Assembly (NCBI GenBank): GCA_038214015.1
Contig: JBBQSH010000001.1
Coordinates: 1,407-65,406, forward strand
DNA: 64,000 nt
Source of the DNA: Ignavibacteriales bacterium
Lineage (GTDB): Bacteria > Bacteroidota > Ignavibacteria > Ignavibacteriales > Ignavibacteriaceae
Direction of reading: 5' to 3'
Below the pieces are notes generated by a model. The model saw only the letters and a program-made list of their open reading frames with translations, searched no databases and had not been told where the DNA came from. Both the position numbers and the translations under genes were made by a program. Positions within the stretch are counted from its first letter, which is position 1. The number at the start of each line of letters is the position of its first letter. This document shows positions 45,038 to 55,249 of the stretch, piece by piece.

Positions 45038-45961
45038 TTAAACTAAATTATTTTTAAAAAATTCTACAGTAGCTTTTAATCCATCTTCTAAATTTGTTGA
45101 TGGTCGCCATCCAAACTTATTAAACAATTTATCCGAGGTTATAACACTTCGTAACTGTTCACCTGCCGCCGTTGGTCCATGCTTCTCTTCTTTGTTAGCC
45201 TGAGTAATATTATTAATGAAATGAAATAATTGATTAACATCAGTTTCAATACCTGTCCCAATATTGTATACATCTGATGCTTCATCTTTTAATCCAAGTA
45301 AATTGGCTTTTACTACATCGCCAACAAAAACATAATCTCGAGTTTGTTTGCCGTGACCGTTAATGATTGGCTGCTCATCTTTAAGAAGTTTTGTTGAAAA
45401 GATTGCAACTACTCCTGCTTCACCAAATGGATTTTGTCTTGGTCCATAAATATTTGCATAACGTAAAATTGTATAATTCAGTTTGTGCTCTGAATTGTAA
45501 AAGTATAAATATTTTTCAACTGCAAGTTTGGAAATTCCGTAAGGTGATTTAGGCTGTTGATTATGTTTTTCATCGGCAGGGAAGTAGTCCTGCTCTCCAT
45601 AAACGGCCCCGCCCGTGGAAGCGAACATAAATTTTTTAACACCGAACTTAACACAGTTCTGAAGTAGGTTAATCGTACCAAGAATATTTGTTGTAGCATC
45701 AAACTCTGGGTCTTTTACTGATCTTCGTACATCCATTTGTGCAGCATGATGATTAACTACATCAAACTTTTCTGTTTCAAAAAGTTTTTCTAAACTTTTA
45801 TCACAAATATTTGCATTAACAAACTTTGCTTTTGGGTTTATATTTTTTTCATATCCAGTTGAAAGATCATCCAGTATTACAACATCATGTTCTTCTTCAA
45901 TAAATGCATCAGCAATTTGGGAGGCAATAAAACCGGCACCGCCGGTAACTAGTATTTTCAA
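45038..45961 (-). CDS. NAD-dependent epimerase/dehydratase (GalE-like SDR)
   Basis: GGAGFIAS Rossmann motif, YGISK (YxxxK), 307 aa. Confidence 0.85.
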   Translation of the reverse strand: MKILVTGGAGFIASQIADAFIEEEHDVVILDDLSTGYEKNINPKAKFVNANICDKSLEKLFETEKFDVVNHHAAQMDVRRSVKDPEFDATTNILGTINLLQNCVKFGVKKFMFASTGGAVYGEQDYFPADEKHNQQPKSPYGISKLAVEKYLYFYNSEHKLNYTILRYANIYGPRQNPFGEAGVVAIFSTKLLKDEQPIINGHGKQTRDYVFVGDVVKANLLGLKDEASDVYNIGTGIETDVNQLFHFINNITQANKEEKHGPTAAGEQLRSVITSDKLFNKFGWRPSTNLEDGLKATVEFFKNNLV

Positions 45962-46543
45962 TTATCTATCCTTATATAATTTGTTTTCGTTAATATATTC
46001 TAAAACTTTTTCTGGTACGAGGTAATAAATTGGTAAATCTGCATGAACACGATTACGAATATCAGTTGCACTTATCTCAATACCGCGTGTTTCTACAAAG
46101 TGTGCCAATTCAACATATTTATCTACATAATCAATTGGATGAGATGACTTTCTTTTTAGTACAACCACATTTGCTAACTTAAAGATTTCATCAGGATCTT
46201 TCCATGTGTGGAATTGAAAAATATTATCATAACCAATTATCAGATCAATTTCATCATAATATTTCTTAAATTCTCTAAGGGTATCGATTGTATAGGATAT
46301 CGTATGCTGCTTTATTTCAAAATCGGAGCATTCAAAAAAAGGTATTTCATCCAACGCTAATTTGAGCATATTTAATCTGTGTTGTGCAGTGGAAGCTTTT
46401 GCATGCTGCTTGTGCGGAGAAATGTAAGCAGGAATAAAAATAATCTTTTCAAGATCTCTTATTTCTTTTACAGACTGTGCAGTAATTAAATGTCCATTGT
46501 GTATTGGATCAAATGTACCGCCAAAAATTCCAACTTTACTCAT
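45962..46543 (-). CDS. nadD: nicotinate-nucleotide adenylyltransferase
   Basis: GGTFDPIHNGH motif and ISATDIR near the C-terminus. Confidence 0.9.
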   Translation of the reverse strand: MSKVGIFGGTFDPIHNGHLITAQSVKEIRDLEKIIFIPAYISPHKQHAKASTAQHRLNMLKLALDEIPFFECSDFEIKQHTISYTIDTLREFKKYYDEIDLIIGYDNIFQFHTWKDPDEIFKLANVVVLKRKSSHPIDYVDKYVELAHFVETRGIEISATDIRNRVHADLPIYYLVPEKVLEYINENKLYKDR

Positions 46544-47235
46544 TTAAGCAAGTCCTTATATTCTACAAAAAGATGTGTAAATCGTTCGTGCATTTGCTGA
46601 GAGCAATATTCTATGCTTTTCTTTTGGGATAACTCCAGATAAAGTTGTTTGAAGTTATTGATGCTTCTTACAAGCAACACATCATTTACAATGTGCATAA
46701 AATGTTCGCAGGATTTAATCCGGCTTAAAAAATTATTGTAATCAAAATCACTTAAAACCAAACTGCCGATAACTTCTTCTGAGTAATTATTAAATCCTAA
46801 TACGGCAATATTATTTTCTTTATCCTTTGCAATAACAAGCGATTCTTTTTCAATGTTAAGCAGATTGAAATATTGTTCATAGTCAGAAGGTCTGATATCA
46901 ATTACATCAGAAAAAACAATGAGATTATTTTTATACAGCGAAAATTCTTTAGAGGAAAATTTCTCAAAAATTATTTTCTTATTTGATAGATCCTTAAAAA
47001 TTATTTTACAATTATTATTTTTTAATTCATCCGGAAGTTTATCTTTTTCACCTTCATCCCAAATGCAATAAATATCTATTTTATCTGCTTTTCCATTAAG
47101 ATTTTCCAGAATATTTAAATATAGAGTGGAAGTAAGAAATAGAACATCCTCTTTTTTAAAATTATTTAAATTTTTATGCAATTCTTCAGCGTTAAACGCA
47201 TAGAATGGAATAATGTAAATTGCTTTAGAATTCAT
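46540..47235 (-). CDS. hypothetical protein
   Basis: 231-aa ORF with a 4-nt overlap with nadD. No family recognised by eye. Confidence 0.5.
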   Translation of the reverse strand: MNSKAIYIIPFYAFNAEELHKNLNNFKKEDVLFLTSTLYLNILENLNGKADKIDIYCIWDEGEKDKLPDELKNNNCKIIFKDLSNKKIIFEKFSSKEFSLYKNNLIVFSDVIDIRPSDYEQYFNLLNIEKESLVIAKDKENNIAVLGFNNYSEEVIGSLVLSDFDYNNFLSRIKSCEHFMHIVNDVLLVRSINNFKQLYLELSQKKSIEYCSQQMHERFTHLFVEYKDLLK

Positions 47236-47237
47236 TG

Positions 47238-48182
47238 TCAGGTTGTTTGCAATAATTTTTTTATAAAATCTCTATAGTTTTCTACATCCATTTCATAATA
47301 GGTTTTGCTGGCACCGTTAGAATTTCTTAATTGAACTTTTCTGAAAGCAAGTGTTGTAGCCGCTTTAATATATGTTTTTCTTGTACGCTCATCAAACCAG
47401 CCTTTTCTTTCTCGCTGTGGAGAACTTAAAATAACTAAATGTGATTCAGGAATAACCCCGATTTCAGATTCTTCCTTGAGTTCATTAAAAATGGTTCTTC
47501 TTTCACCGCGCAAGGAAATTGAAAAAGTAGAAAGAAAAATTATTATCGAAACAAACATAAACAGATAACCCATTGGAGCAATATTTTCATAACTAAGACT
47601 GAAGTTCCAGAATGAGTGGATCATCAATGCCATCAATAATCCAACGAATGCATAGAAGACCTTTTTAGATACCGGTTTAAATTTTGCTAATCCAAGAAAC
47701 GCGCCAAGAGTTGCTGTTGAAACGCAATGCATAACTGCAGAGAAAAGACTTCTGACGATTACTAACATGATCCAATTTGCGATTGATTCTCCATAAGTTA
47801 CGAAGTATAAAAAATTTTCAGTCATACCAAATCCCAGACCAATTGCACCACCGTAAACTATACCGTCCGTTATATTATCAAATTTTTTATTGGCGATTGT
47901 TATCAGTAAAAAAAGACCTTTAGTGATCTCCTCAACAATTGGAGCAACAACAACTGCACCAAACCTGCTTAATTGAATGCTGTCTCTGATAAAGAGTGAA
48001 GCGATCATAGTAAAAAATATACTGCCTATTAACGCAAGAACTATGGCGCCAAGTGCACCCCAAAGATAATTTGTAAAAACAAGTTTAAATGGTTCTCTAT
48101 CGTATCGATCAAATTTCCATATCAATACTACGTAGATTGACATTGGAATGATTGCAGCTAATACAGAAAAAATTATTAACAT
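47238..48182 (-). CDS. PrsW family intramembrane metalloprotease
   Basis: Multi-TM protein with VEEITKG (EExxK) and HSFWN (HxxxN) motifs. Confidence 0.75.
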   Translation of the reverse strand: MLIIFSVLAAIIPMSIYVVLIWKFDRYDREPFKLVFTNYLWGALGAIVLALIGSIFFTMIASLFIRDSIQLSRFGAVVVAPIVEEITKGLFLLITIANKKFDNITDGIVYGGAIGLGFGMTENFLYFVTYGESIANWIMLVIVRSLFSAVMHCVSTATLGAFLGLAKFKPVSKKVFYAFVGLLMALMIHSFWNFSLSYENIAPMGYLFMFVSIIIFLSTFSISLRGERRTIFNELKEESEIGVIPESHLVILSSPQRERKGWFDERTRKTYIKAATTLAFRKVQLRNSNGASKTYYEMDVENYRDFIKKLLQTT

Positions 48183-48499
48183 TTAATTTTTGGCAATGAT
48201 AACTATTATTAAATATCTGCTTCAAATTATTGATTTAGATGTGAAAAAACCAAAATTATTTTAGGTCGAAGATTAGAATTTATTTAATAATTTAATTTTA
48301 TGATGTCATAAATAAGTTGTTTTCTCCTCCTAAAACAGAGCAACCATTAAATTGTGTAATATTTAACTTTTAAAAAATTGAATAATTTCTAAAAATGGCT
48401 TAATTGTTTCCAAAAGATAAATATTTGGGGTTAATCATCGTTTGATTATATAGTGGTTCAGTTATATATTAAGCCTCGTTTTTTGCGTGATTTTGCAAG

Positions 48500-49006
48500 A
48501 TGATAATTAAAATAACAAATTTAAGCCAGGGGGAACACAATTTTGTTTTTGAAGACAAAGTTGATTTTTTGGATTTAGATAAACCATTTTATGGAAAGTA
48601 TAAATCTTTTGTAATTCTTAATAAACTGCATGATCAGTTAATACTTTCGGTAACATCGGATTTTAAAGTAAAGTATGAGTGTGACCGATGTGGAACTGAT
48701 TTCAAAACAAGTTTAAAGAGTGATTATAAAATGATTTATCTCATGAATGAAGAACCTGAAGAAACTGACTCTATTAATGTTAGTTATCTAAGCAGGGATG
48801 CCGATAAGATTGACATTAAATCAGATGTTCGTGAATTTGCTTTACTCTCAATTCCAATGAAAAAACTTTGTAAAAAAGATTGTAAGGGTTTGTGTTATAA
48901 ATGCGGTAAAGATTTTAACAAAGAACAATGTAGTTGCAGCACGGAAGAAATTGATCCGAGGTGGAAGCCTCTTATGAACTTGAAAGATAAATTAAATCTC
49001 AATTAA
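48500..49006 (+). CDS. yceD: YceD/DUF177 family protein
   Basis: Conserved position directly upstream of rpmF-plsX. C-terminal Cys cluster CKKDCKGLCYKCGKDFN...CSC. Confidence 0.8.
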   Translation: MIIKITNLSQGEHNFVFEDKVDFLDLDKPFYGKYKSFVILNKLHDQLILSVTSDFKVKYECDRCGTDFKTSLKSDYKMIYLMNEEPEETDSINVSYLSRDADKIDIKSDVREFALLSIPMKKLCKKDCKGLCYKCGKDFNKEQCSCSTEEIDPRWKPLMNLKDKLNLN

Positions 49007-49024
49007 ATATAACGGAATGATATC

Positions 49025-49204
49025 ATGCCAAATCCAAAACGTAAGCTCTCAAAGAGCCGAAGAGATAAACGTAGAACACACTATAAAGCAGTAGCTCCTT
49101 CGTTAAGCACCTGCGGAAATTGCGGTGAAATGAAACTTGCTCATCGTGCTTGCCCTTCTTGCGGTTATTACAACGAACGCTCAGTGTTTATTCCTAAAAG
49201 CTAA
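49025..49204 (+). CDS. rpmF: 50S ribosomal protein L32
   Basis: My own translation gives [59 protein letters not shown] (59 aa, below the ORF-track cutoff), with the CxxC...CxxC zinc ribbon. Confidence 0.92.
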   Translation: MPNPKRKLSKSRRDKRRTHYKAVAPSLSTCGNCGEMKLAHRACPSCGYYNERSVFIPKS

Positions 49205-49225
49205 GTTTTATAACTTGCTTATCCA

Positions 49226-50257
49226 ATGGATGAATCAGAAGCTAAAAATTCTAAATGCAAAATTATTGTGGATGCAATGGGGGGCGACTACGCCCCTCAA
49301 AATACTGTTGTTGGAGCCATTGATGCATATAATGAAAAGAAGGACTTTGAACTTTTTATTATAGGTAAAAAAGATGAGATACTATCTGTAATTAAATCCA
49401 ATCAACTTTCATTTGATGAAAAATATATTATCCATACTGATGAAGTTATTGAAATGGGTGATTCAGCCACAGCTGCACTAAAATCCAAACCAAATTCTTC
49501 AATCGTAAAAGGTGCCCAGTTAGTTAAAGAAGGTAAAGCGGCTGCTTTTGTTAGTGCCGGTAATACTGGCGCAATGATGAGTGCATCAACATTAATTATG
49601 GGAAGAATTCCTGGTGTTGGTCGGCCAACAATCGGCGCAGAGATGCCAAACGTTAATGGTATTTGTTATCTTTATGATGTTGGTGCAGGTAAGGATGCAA
49701 GGCCTTCACACCTTTTTGAGTATGCGGTTATGGGTACAATATATGCAAAAGAAATGGGTGGAATTAAAAATCCTTCTGTAGGTTTACTCAGCATGGGTGA
49801 AGAAGAAGGCAAAGGAAATGAAGTTGCTAATGAAGCATTTAATTTGCTTAAAGACTCAAAACTTAATTTTATTGGAAATGTTGAAGGCAGAGATATAATG
49901 ACAAAACAAGTTGATGTTATTGTCTGCGATGGTTTTGTTGGCAACATTATATTAAAATTTGGTGAATCTGTTCCAAAGCTTCTTAAACATCTATTAACTA
50001 AAACGGCTGAAGCTAGTTTTTTTGATAAATTAAAAGTTGGCATTTCAAAAGGTACTTTAAAAAAATCCTTAAAATCATTGGATTATCAAGAACACGGCGG
50101 AGTGCCATTGTTAGGTGTTAACGGAATTAGTATTATTGGGCACGGTTCAAGTTCCCCAAAAGCAATTAAGAATATGGTTTTAAAAGCGCGTGAGATGTAT
50201 AATAAAAATTTAATTAAAAAGATAGAAAATTCTATCAAACATTATTCACAAAAATAA
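49226..50257 (+). CDS. plsX: phosphate acyltransferase
   Basis: IIVDAMGGDYAP, VSAGNTGA and CDGFVGN motifs. Confidence 0.92.
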   Translation: MDESEAKNSKCKIIVDAMGGDYAPQNTVVGAIDAYNEKKDFELFIIGKKDEILSVIKSNQLSFDEKYIIHTDEVIEMGDSATAALKSKPNSSIVKGAQLVKEGKAAAFVSAGNTGAMMSASTLIMGRIPGVGRPTIGAEMPNVNGICYLYDVGAGKDARPSHLFEYAVMGTIYAKEMGGIKNPSVGLLSMGEEEGKGNEVANEAFNLLKDSKLNFIGNVEGRDIMTKQVDVIVCDGFVGNIILKFGESVPKLLKHLLTKTAEASFFDKLKVGISKGTLKKSLKSLDYQEHGGVPLLGVNGISIIGHGSSSPKAIKNMVLKAREMYNKNLIKKIENSIKHYSQK

Positions 50258-50268
50258 ATATTGAGAAG

Positions 50269-51270
50269 TTGATGTCAGAAAAAAGATATAATGCTATGAT
50301 AACAGGAGTTGGAATGTACGCTCCTGATAAAGTTTTAGATAACAAATATTTTGAATCTATTGTAGAAACTAATGATGAATGGATTAGAACCAGAACCGGA
50401 ATTAGTGAAAGAAGAATTTTGGAAGATGGTGCAACAAGTGATTTAGCAGCTCGTGCAGCGTTAGATTTATTTGAAAAACATAATGTAAATCCGGAAGATA
50501 TTGATGCAATTATAGTTGCAACAGTTACACCTGATATGTTTTTCCCAGCCACTGCTTGTTTAGTGCAGACTAAAATCGGTGCTAAAAATGCATGGGGATA
50601 TGATGTATCTGCGGCTTGTTCAGGATTTCTGTTTGCATTACAAAATGGTGCTACACTTATTGAATCCGGTAGATATAAAAAAGTATTGGTAATCGGTGCT
50701 GATAAAATGAGTTCTATTGTAGATTATACAGATAGAAATATTTGTATCCTTTTTGGTGATGCCGGATCTGCAGTATTGTTGGAACCTACAGAGGATAAAT
50801 CTTTGGGAGTACAAGACTCTATTTTACGAGTTGATGGAACAGGTAAAGATGCTCTGTATATGCTTGGAGGTGGTAGCTTAAATCCAGCTTCACACGAAAC
50901 TATTGATAAAAAATGGCACTACATTTATCAGGATGGTAAAGCAGTATTTAAAGTAGCAGTTAAAGGTATGGCAGATGTTTCCGCAGAATTAATGGAGAAG
51001 AGTAATCTTAAATCAGAAGATATTGCATACCTTGTTCCACATCAGGCAAATTTGAGAATTATCGATGCAACTGCTCAGAGAATGGGAATCAGCAAAGATA
51101 AAGTTATGATTAACATCGATAAATATGGTAACACAACAGCAGCAACAATTCCATTATGCCTAACCGAGTACTATCGTGATGCAAAAGTAAAAAAAGGTGA
51201 TAACTTAATATTATCAGCTTTTGGTGCTGGATATACCTGGGGTGCTATTCACGTTGTGTGGGCAATTTAA
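50269..51270 (+). CDS. fabH: 3-oxoacyl-ACP synthase III
   Basis: AACSGF (active-site Cys), HQAN, GNTTAA. Confidence 0.92.
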   Translation: MMSEKRYNAMITGVGMYAPDKVLDNKYFESIVETNDEWIRTRTGISERRILEDGATSDLAARAALDLFEKHNVNPEDIDAIIVATVTPDMFFPATACLVQTKIGAKNAWGYDVSAACSGFLFALQNGATLIESGRYKKVLVIGADKMSSIVDYTDRNICILFGDAGSAVLLEPTEDKSLGVQDSILRVDGTGKDALYMLGGGSLNPASHETIDKKWHYIYQDGKAVFKVAVKGMADVSAELMEKSNLKSEDIAYLVPHQANLRIIDATAQRMGISKDKVMINIDKYGNTTAATIPLCLTEYYRDAKVKKGDNLILSAFGAGYTWGAIHVVWAI

Positions 51271-51294
51271 TTTTTAATTAAAAAAACTATTTCA

Positions 51295-52209
51295 ATGTCT
51301 AAAAAAGCTTTTTTATTTCCTGGTCAAGGATCGCAATACATTGGTATGGCTAAAGATTTATTTGATAAATCTGTTGAAGCCAAAGAGATGATTAAAACTG
51401 CAGATGATGCACTTGGTGTAAATCTTTCATTTATTATGTTTAACGGACCTGAAGAGCAATTAAAACAAACCGAGTTTACTCAACCAGCAATATTTTTGCA
51501 TAGCGTTATTCTTGCAAGTTTAATTAGAACACTTCATCCAGAAGCCGCAGCAGGGCACTCACTTGGTGAATACTCTGCATTGGTCTCTGCAAATGCTATC
51601 CAATTTTTTGATGCGATAAAATTAGTTAGAACAAGAGGCAAAGCAATGCAGCAAGCCGGACTTGATAATCCCGGAACACTTGCAGCTATTGTTGGACTAG
51701 ATTCCCTCATAGTTGAAGAACTTTGTGAAGAAGCCTCAACTGTTGGAATCGTGCAGTGCGCAAACTTCAATTCACCGGGTCAGATTGTAATTTCAGGCTC
51801 GATTGATGGGGTTAGAAAAGCCATGGAATTGTGTAAGGCTAGTGGTGCAAAATTAACAAAGGAACTTGTTGTAAGTGGAGCATTTCACTCTCCATTAATG
51901 CAATCTGCTAAAGACACATTGCTTGATGCTTTAGTTTTTACTTCGGTATATGATGCAAGATTTCCAGTTTATGCAAACGTAACAGCAAAGCCAGTTATTA
52001 AAAAAGATGAAATAAAAAATCTGTTACACCAGCAAGTTACTTCTCCTGTTAGATGGGAAGAAACAATTAAAAATATGATAGCTGATGGATTTGATGAATT
52101 TTATGAAATTGGTCCCGGAAAAGTTTTACAGGGATTGGTTAAAAGAATAAATCCTGATGTTAAATTATTTGGGATAGATAAATATGAAGATTTGGAGCAG
52201 TACTTATAA
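51295..52209 (+). CDS. fabD: malonyl CoA-ACP transacylase
   Basis: FPGQGSQ, GHSLGEYSAL, GAFHSPLM. Confidence 0.92.
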   Translation: MSKKAFLFPGQGSQYIGMAKDLFDKSVEAKEMIKTADDALGVNLSFIMFNGPEEQLKQTEFTQPAIFLHSVILASLIRTLHPEAAAGHSLGEYSALVSANAIQFFDAIKLVRTRGKAMQQAGLDNPGTLAAIVGLDSLIVEELCEEASTVGIVQCANFNSPGQIVISGSIDGVRKAMELCKASGAKLTKELVVSGAFHSPLMQSAKDTLLDALVFTSVYDARFPVYANVTAKPVIKKDEIKNLLHQQVTSPVRWEETIKNMIADGFDEFYEIGPGKVLQGLVKRINPDVKLFGIDKYEDLEQYL

Positions 52210-52817
52210 TGGAAACTAGCACTCAGTCAAAATTTACAAAAGAGATTAATGGTGTTTATATTGATCCACAAATATTTACCTTTAAGTTTTCTTGCAACTG
52301 TGGCGGCGAATGCTGTAATTATGGCGTTTACACTGATCTTAAAGAACACGAGTATATTTTAAGCATAAAAGATATAATCATACCACTGTTGGATGAAACG
52401 CAATCGAAAAATATTTATGAATGGTTTGAGGAGCCTGAAGAAGATGAGGATTTTGAGTCTGGTGTAGCTGTTGGCACTGAAATAATAAATGGTAAATGTA
52501 CTTTCTTGGATAAGAATGGTTTATGCACACTTCAGAAGCTTGCTATGAACGAAGGTGAACATAAGTGGAAATATAAACCGATTTATTGCGTCCTCTTTCC
52601 GTTAACAATTTTTGAAGGAGCTCTCACAATCGATGATGAACATATTGACAGACTGAAAACTTGCAGTAAAACTTCGGTAAAAGAAACTACTATCTATGAT
52701 GCCTGTAAAGAAGAATTAATTCATTTCTTTGGACTTGATAAGTTCAATGAACTTGAAAATTATAAAAATGAATATTTATCCGAATATTATTCCGGAGTTG
52801 AAAAAAATGACAAGTAA
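52209..52817 (+). CDS. Cys-rich protein (YkgJ CxxCxxCC-like / DUF3109-like) embedded in the fab operon
   Basis: SCNCGGECCNYG, GKCTFLDKNGLCTLQ and KPIYCVLFP. Its start overlaps the fabD stop by 1 nt and its end overlaps the fabG start by 11 nt. Confidence 0.6.
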   Translation: METSTQSKFTKEINGVYIDPQIFTFKFSCNCGGECCNYGVYTDLKEHEYILSIKDIIIPLLDETQSKNIYEWFEEPEEDEDFESGVAVGTEIINGKCTFLDKNGLCTLQKLAMNEGEHKWKYKPIYCVLFPLTIFEGALTIDDEHIDRLKTCSKTSVKETTIYDACKEELIHFFGLDKFNELENYKNEYLSEYYSGVEKNDK

Positions 52818-53583
52818 AGTAGTAGAATCACACAATAAACGAGCTATCGTTACCGGTGGGACAAGAGGTATCGGCAGAGCAATAGTTAAAGAATTAGCTT
52901 CAAGAAGCTGCTGCGGAGTATTATTTTCAGATGTTGCTTTTGTCTATAATAGCTGCGACGAATGTGCTGAAGAATTATTGGCTGAGATTGATTATCCTGG
53001 CATAAAAATTCATGGTTTTAAAGCTGATGCATCATCTATGGAACAAGCACAAGCAACAGTTGATGCAGCAATTGAAAAACTTGGCGGTGTTGATATCCTG
53101 ATAAACAATGCCGGAATTACAAGAGATAATTTATTATTAAGGATGACAGAAAAAGATTTTGATGATGTTATAAGTGCGAATCTAAAAAGTGTATTTAATT
53201 ACACAAAAGCAGTTATAAAACCAATGATAGCGCAGCGATACGGAAGAATTGTAAACATCGCTTCAATTGTTGGCTTAATTGGAAATGCCGGACAATCTAA
53301 TTACTCTGCTTCTAAAGCAGGCGTTATAGGATTTACTAAATCTATGGCTCGCGAGTTAGCCTCACGAAATATTACAGTTAATGCCATAGCTCCGGGTTTT
53401 ATTCAAACAGATATGACAAGTAAGTTGACTGAAGAACAGATTAAAAAATTAGTGCAGAATGTTCCCATGTCCAGATTAGGGAGACCAGAAGATATTGCTA
53501 AAGTTGTTGCATTTTTATGTAGTAATGATGCTGATTATATTACTGGTCAGGTTATTGCCGTTGATGGCGGAATGACAATGTAA
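52807..53583 (+). CDS. fabG: 3-oxoacyl-ACP reductase
   Basis: TGGTRGIGRAI, NNAG, YSASKAG (YxxxK). I chose the ATG at 52807 (MTSKVV) rather than the track start at 52729. Confidence 0.9.
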   Translation: MTSKVVESHNKRAIVTGGTRGIGRAIVKELASRSCCGVLFSDVAFVYNSCDECAEELLAEIDYPGIKIHGFKADASSMEQAQATVDAAIEKLGGVDILINNAGITRDNLLLRMTEKDFDDVISANLKSVFNYTKAVIKPMIAQRYGRIVNIASIVGLIGNAGQSNYSASKAGVIGFTKSMARELASRNITVNAIAPGFIQTDMTSKLTEEQIKKLVQNVPMSRLGRPEDIAKVVAFLCSNDADYITGQVIAVDGGMTM

Positions 53584-53680
53584 TTGATAAATCTATTTGT
53601 TTCTTAGATTTTAATTTTGTTAAATTTAAACCAATAAATAATAACTCAAATAAATACAAAACTAATAATAGGAGAATACC

Positions 53681-53914
53681 ATGGATGTTGAAGCTAAAGT
53701 GAGAGAGATCATTATTGATAAATTAGGTGTTGAAGAATCTCAAATCACTCCTGAAGCATCATTTACAAATGATCTTGGCGCTGATTCGCTTGATATTGTA
53801 GAATTAGTTATGGGATTTGAAAGTGCTTTTCAGATTTCAATTCCTGATGAAGATGCTGAAAAAATCGGAACAGTTGGAGATGCTGTTAGGTATCTTTCAG
53901 AAAAATTAGCTTAA
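53681..53914 (+). CDS. acpP: acyl carrier protein
   Basis: [14 protein letters not shown] (phosphopantetheine Ser), 77 aa. Confidence 0.95.
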   Translation: MDVEAKVREIIIDKLGVEESQITPEASFTNDLGADSLDIVELVMGFESAFQISIPDEDAEKIGTVGDAVRYLSEKLA

Positions 53915-53922
53915 ATGAAATC

Positions 53923-53943
53923 GTCGGGATTTATAATCCCGAC
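53923..53943 (+). terminator. hairpin between acpP and fabF (partial terminator/attenuator)
   Basis: GTCGGGAT-TTATA-ATCCCGAC followed by TTTCTT. Confidence 0.6.
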
Positions 53944-53999
53944 TTTCTTACCTTTATATGCAATTCTATATCAAAAACGGTTTATGCCAATGAGATGTT

Positions 54000-55247
54000 A
54001 TGACTAAGAGAAGAGTTGTGGTAACAGGAATTGGTGCCGTTACGCCTATCGGATTGAATATTCCTGAGTTCTGGAACGCTCTAATTTCAGGGGGAAATGG
54101 TGTTGCACCAATAACATATTTTGATGCCTCTAAATTTGACACTCAGTTTGCAGCAGAAATTAAAAAATTTAATCCCGATAATTACTTCGATAAAAAGTCT
54201 GTAAAAAGATTAGATAGATTCACACAATTTGCTCTGGCAGCTTCAGTAGAGGCGATTAAAGATTCTGATATTAATTTAGATAAAATTAATAAGGATAGGG
54301 CTGGAGTAATTTATGGAAGTGGTATTGGCGGATTGGAAACTATGCAAAATGAGCATTGGAAATATTTTCAGGATAAAAATCCGGGAATGATAAGTCCGTT
54401 TTTCGTTCCGATGATGATCTCAGATTTGGCTGCAGGTCAAATCTCTATTCGCTTCGGATTAAAAGGTCCTAATTATGCAACCACTTCTGCCTGTTCAACA
54501 GCCTCTCATGCAATCTCAGATGCTTTTATGATTATAGAGAGAGGTTCTGCTGATATTATGGTTTGCGGAGGCAGTGAAGCATCAATAACAGAAATTGGGA
54601 TTGGCGGATTCAATGCGATGAGAGCCTTATCCACCTGGAACGATAGATATGCAGAAGCATCCAGACCTTTTGATAAAGACCGCAATGGGTTTGTAATGGG
54701 TGAGGGTGGTGGAACATTGATAATTGAAGAATTGAATCACGCACTTAGTAGAGGTGCAAAAATTTATTCAGAAATAGCTGGTATCGGGTTAACTGCAGAT
54801 GCACATCATATAACTGCTCCAGCTCCCGGTGGTGAAGGTGCGGTAAGATCTATGAAGATTGCGGTGGAGGATGCTGGATTATTATTAACCGATATTGACT
54901 ATATAAATGCACATGGAACATCAACGCCTCACAATGACGTAAATGAAACGAGAGCAATAAAAACTTTATTTGGCGAACACGCATATAAATTAGTAGTTAC
55001 TTCCACTAAATCTATGACAGGACATTTACTAGGTGCTGCGGGTGCCATTGAAGCTATTGCCACTCTTTTATCAATGAAGCATAGTCTAATTCCCCCTACA
55101 ATAAACCTTGATAATCCTGATCCCGAATGTGATTTGGATTATAGCGCTAAAAAAGTTACTGAAAAAGAAGTTAATGCCGCAATTAGTAATACCTTTGGAT
55201 TTGGCGGACACAATGCATCAATTTTATTTAAGAAGTTTGAGGAATAG
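54000..55247 (+). CDS. fabF: 3-oxoacyl-ACP synthase II
   Basis: ATTSACSTASHAI (active Cys), NAHGTSTP and GHLLGAAG motifs. Confidence 0.93.
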   Translation: MTKRRVVVTGIGAVTPIGLNIPEFWNALISGGNGVAPITYFDASKFDTQFAAEIKKFNPDNYFDKKSVKRLDRFTQFALAASVEAIKDSDINLDKINKDRAGVIYGSGIGGLETMQNEHWKYFQDKNPGMISPFFVPMMISDLAAGQISIRFGLKGPNYATTSACSTASHAISDAFMIIERGSADIMVCGGSEASITEIGIGGFNAMRALSTWNDRYAEASRPFDKDRNGFVMGEGGGTLIIEELNHALSRGAKIYSEIAGIGLTADAHHITAPAPGGEGAVRSMKIAVEDAGLLLTDIDYINAHGTSTPHNDVNETRAIKTLFGEHAYKLVVTSTKSMTGHLLGAAGAIEAIATLLSMKHSLIPPTINLDNPDPECDLDYSAKKVTEKEVNAAISNTFGFGGHNASILFKKFEE

Positions 55248-55249
55248 TT

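Noticed and set aside
49137-49364. 75-aa track ORF across the rpmF/plsX junction
   Set aside because: It overlaps the clearly recognisable L32 and PlsX reading frames in another frame.
52729-52806. Longer start for fabG
   Set aside because: It would overlap the preceding gene by 89 nt. The Rossmann motif follows directly after the ATG at 52807.
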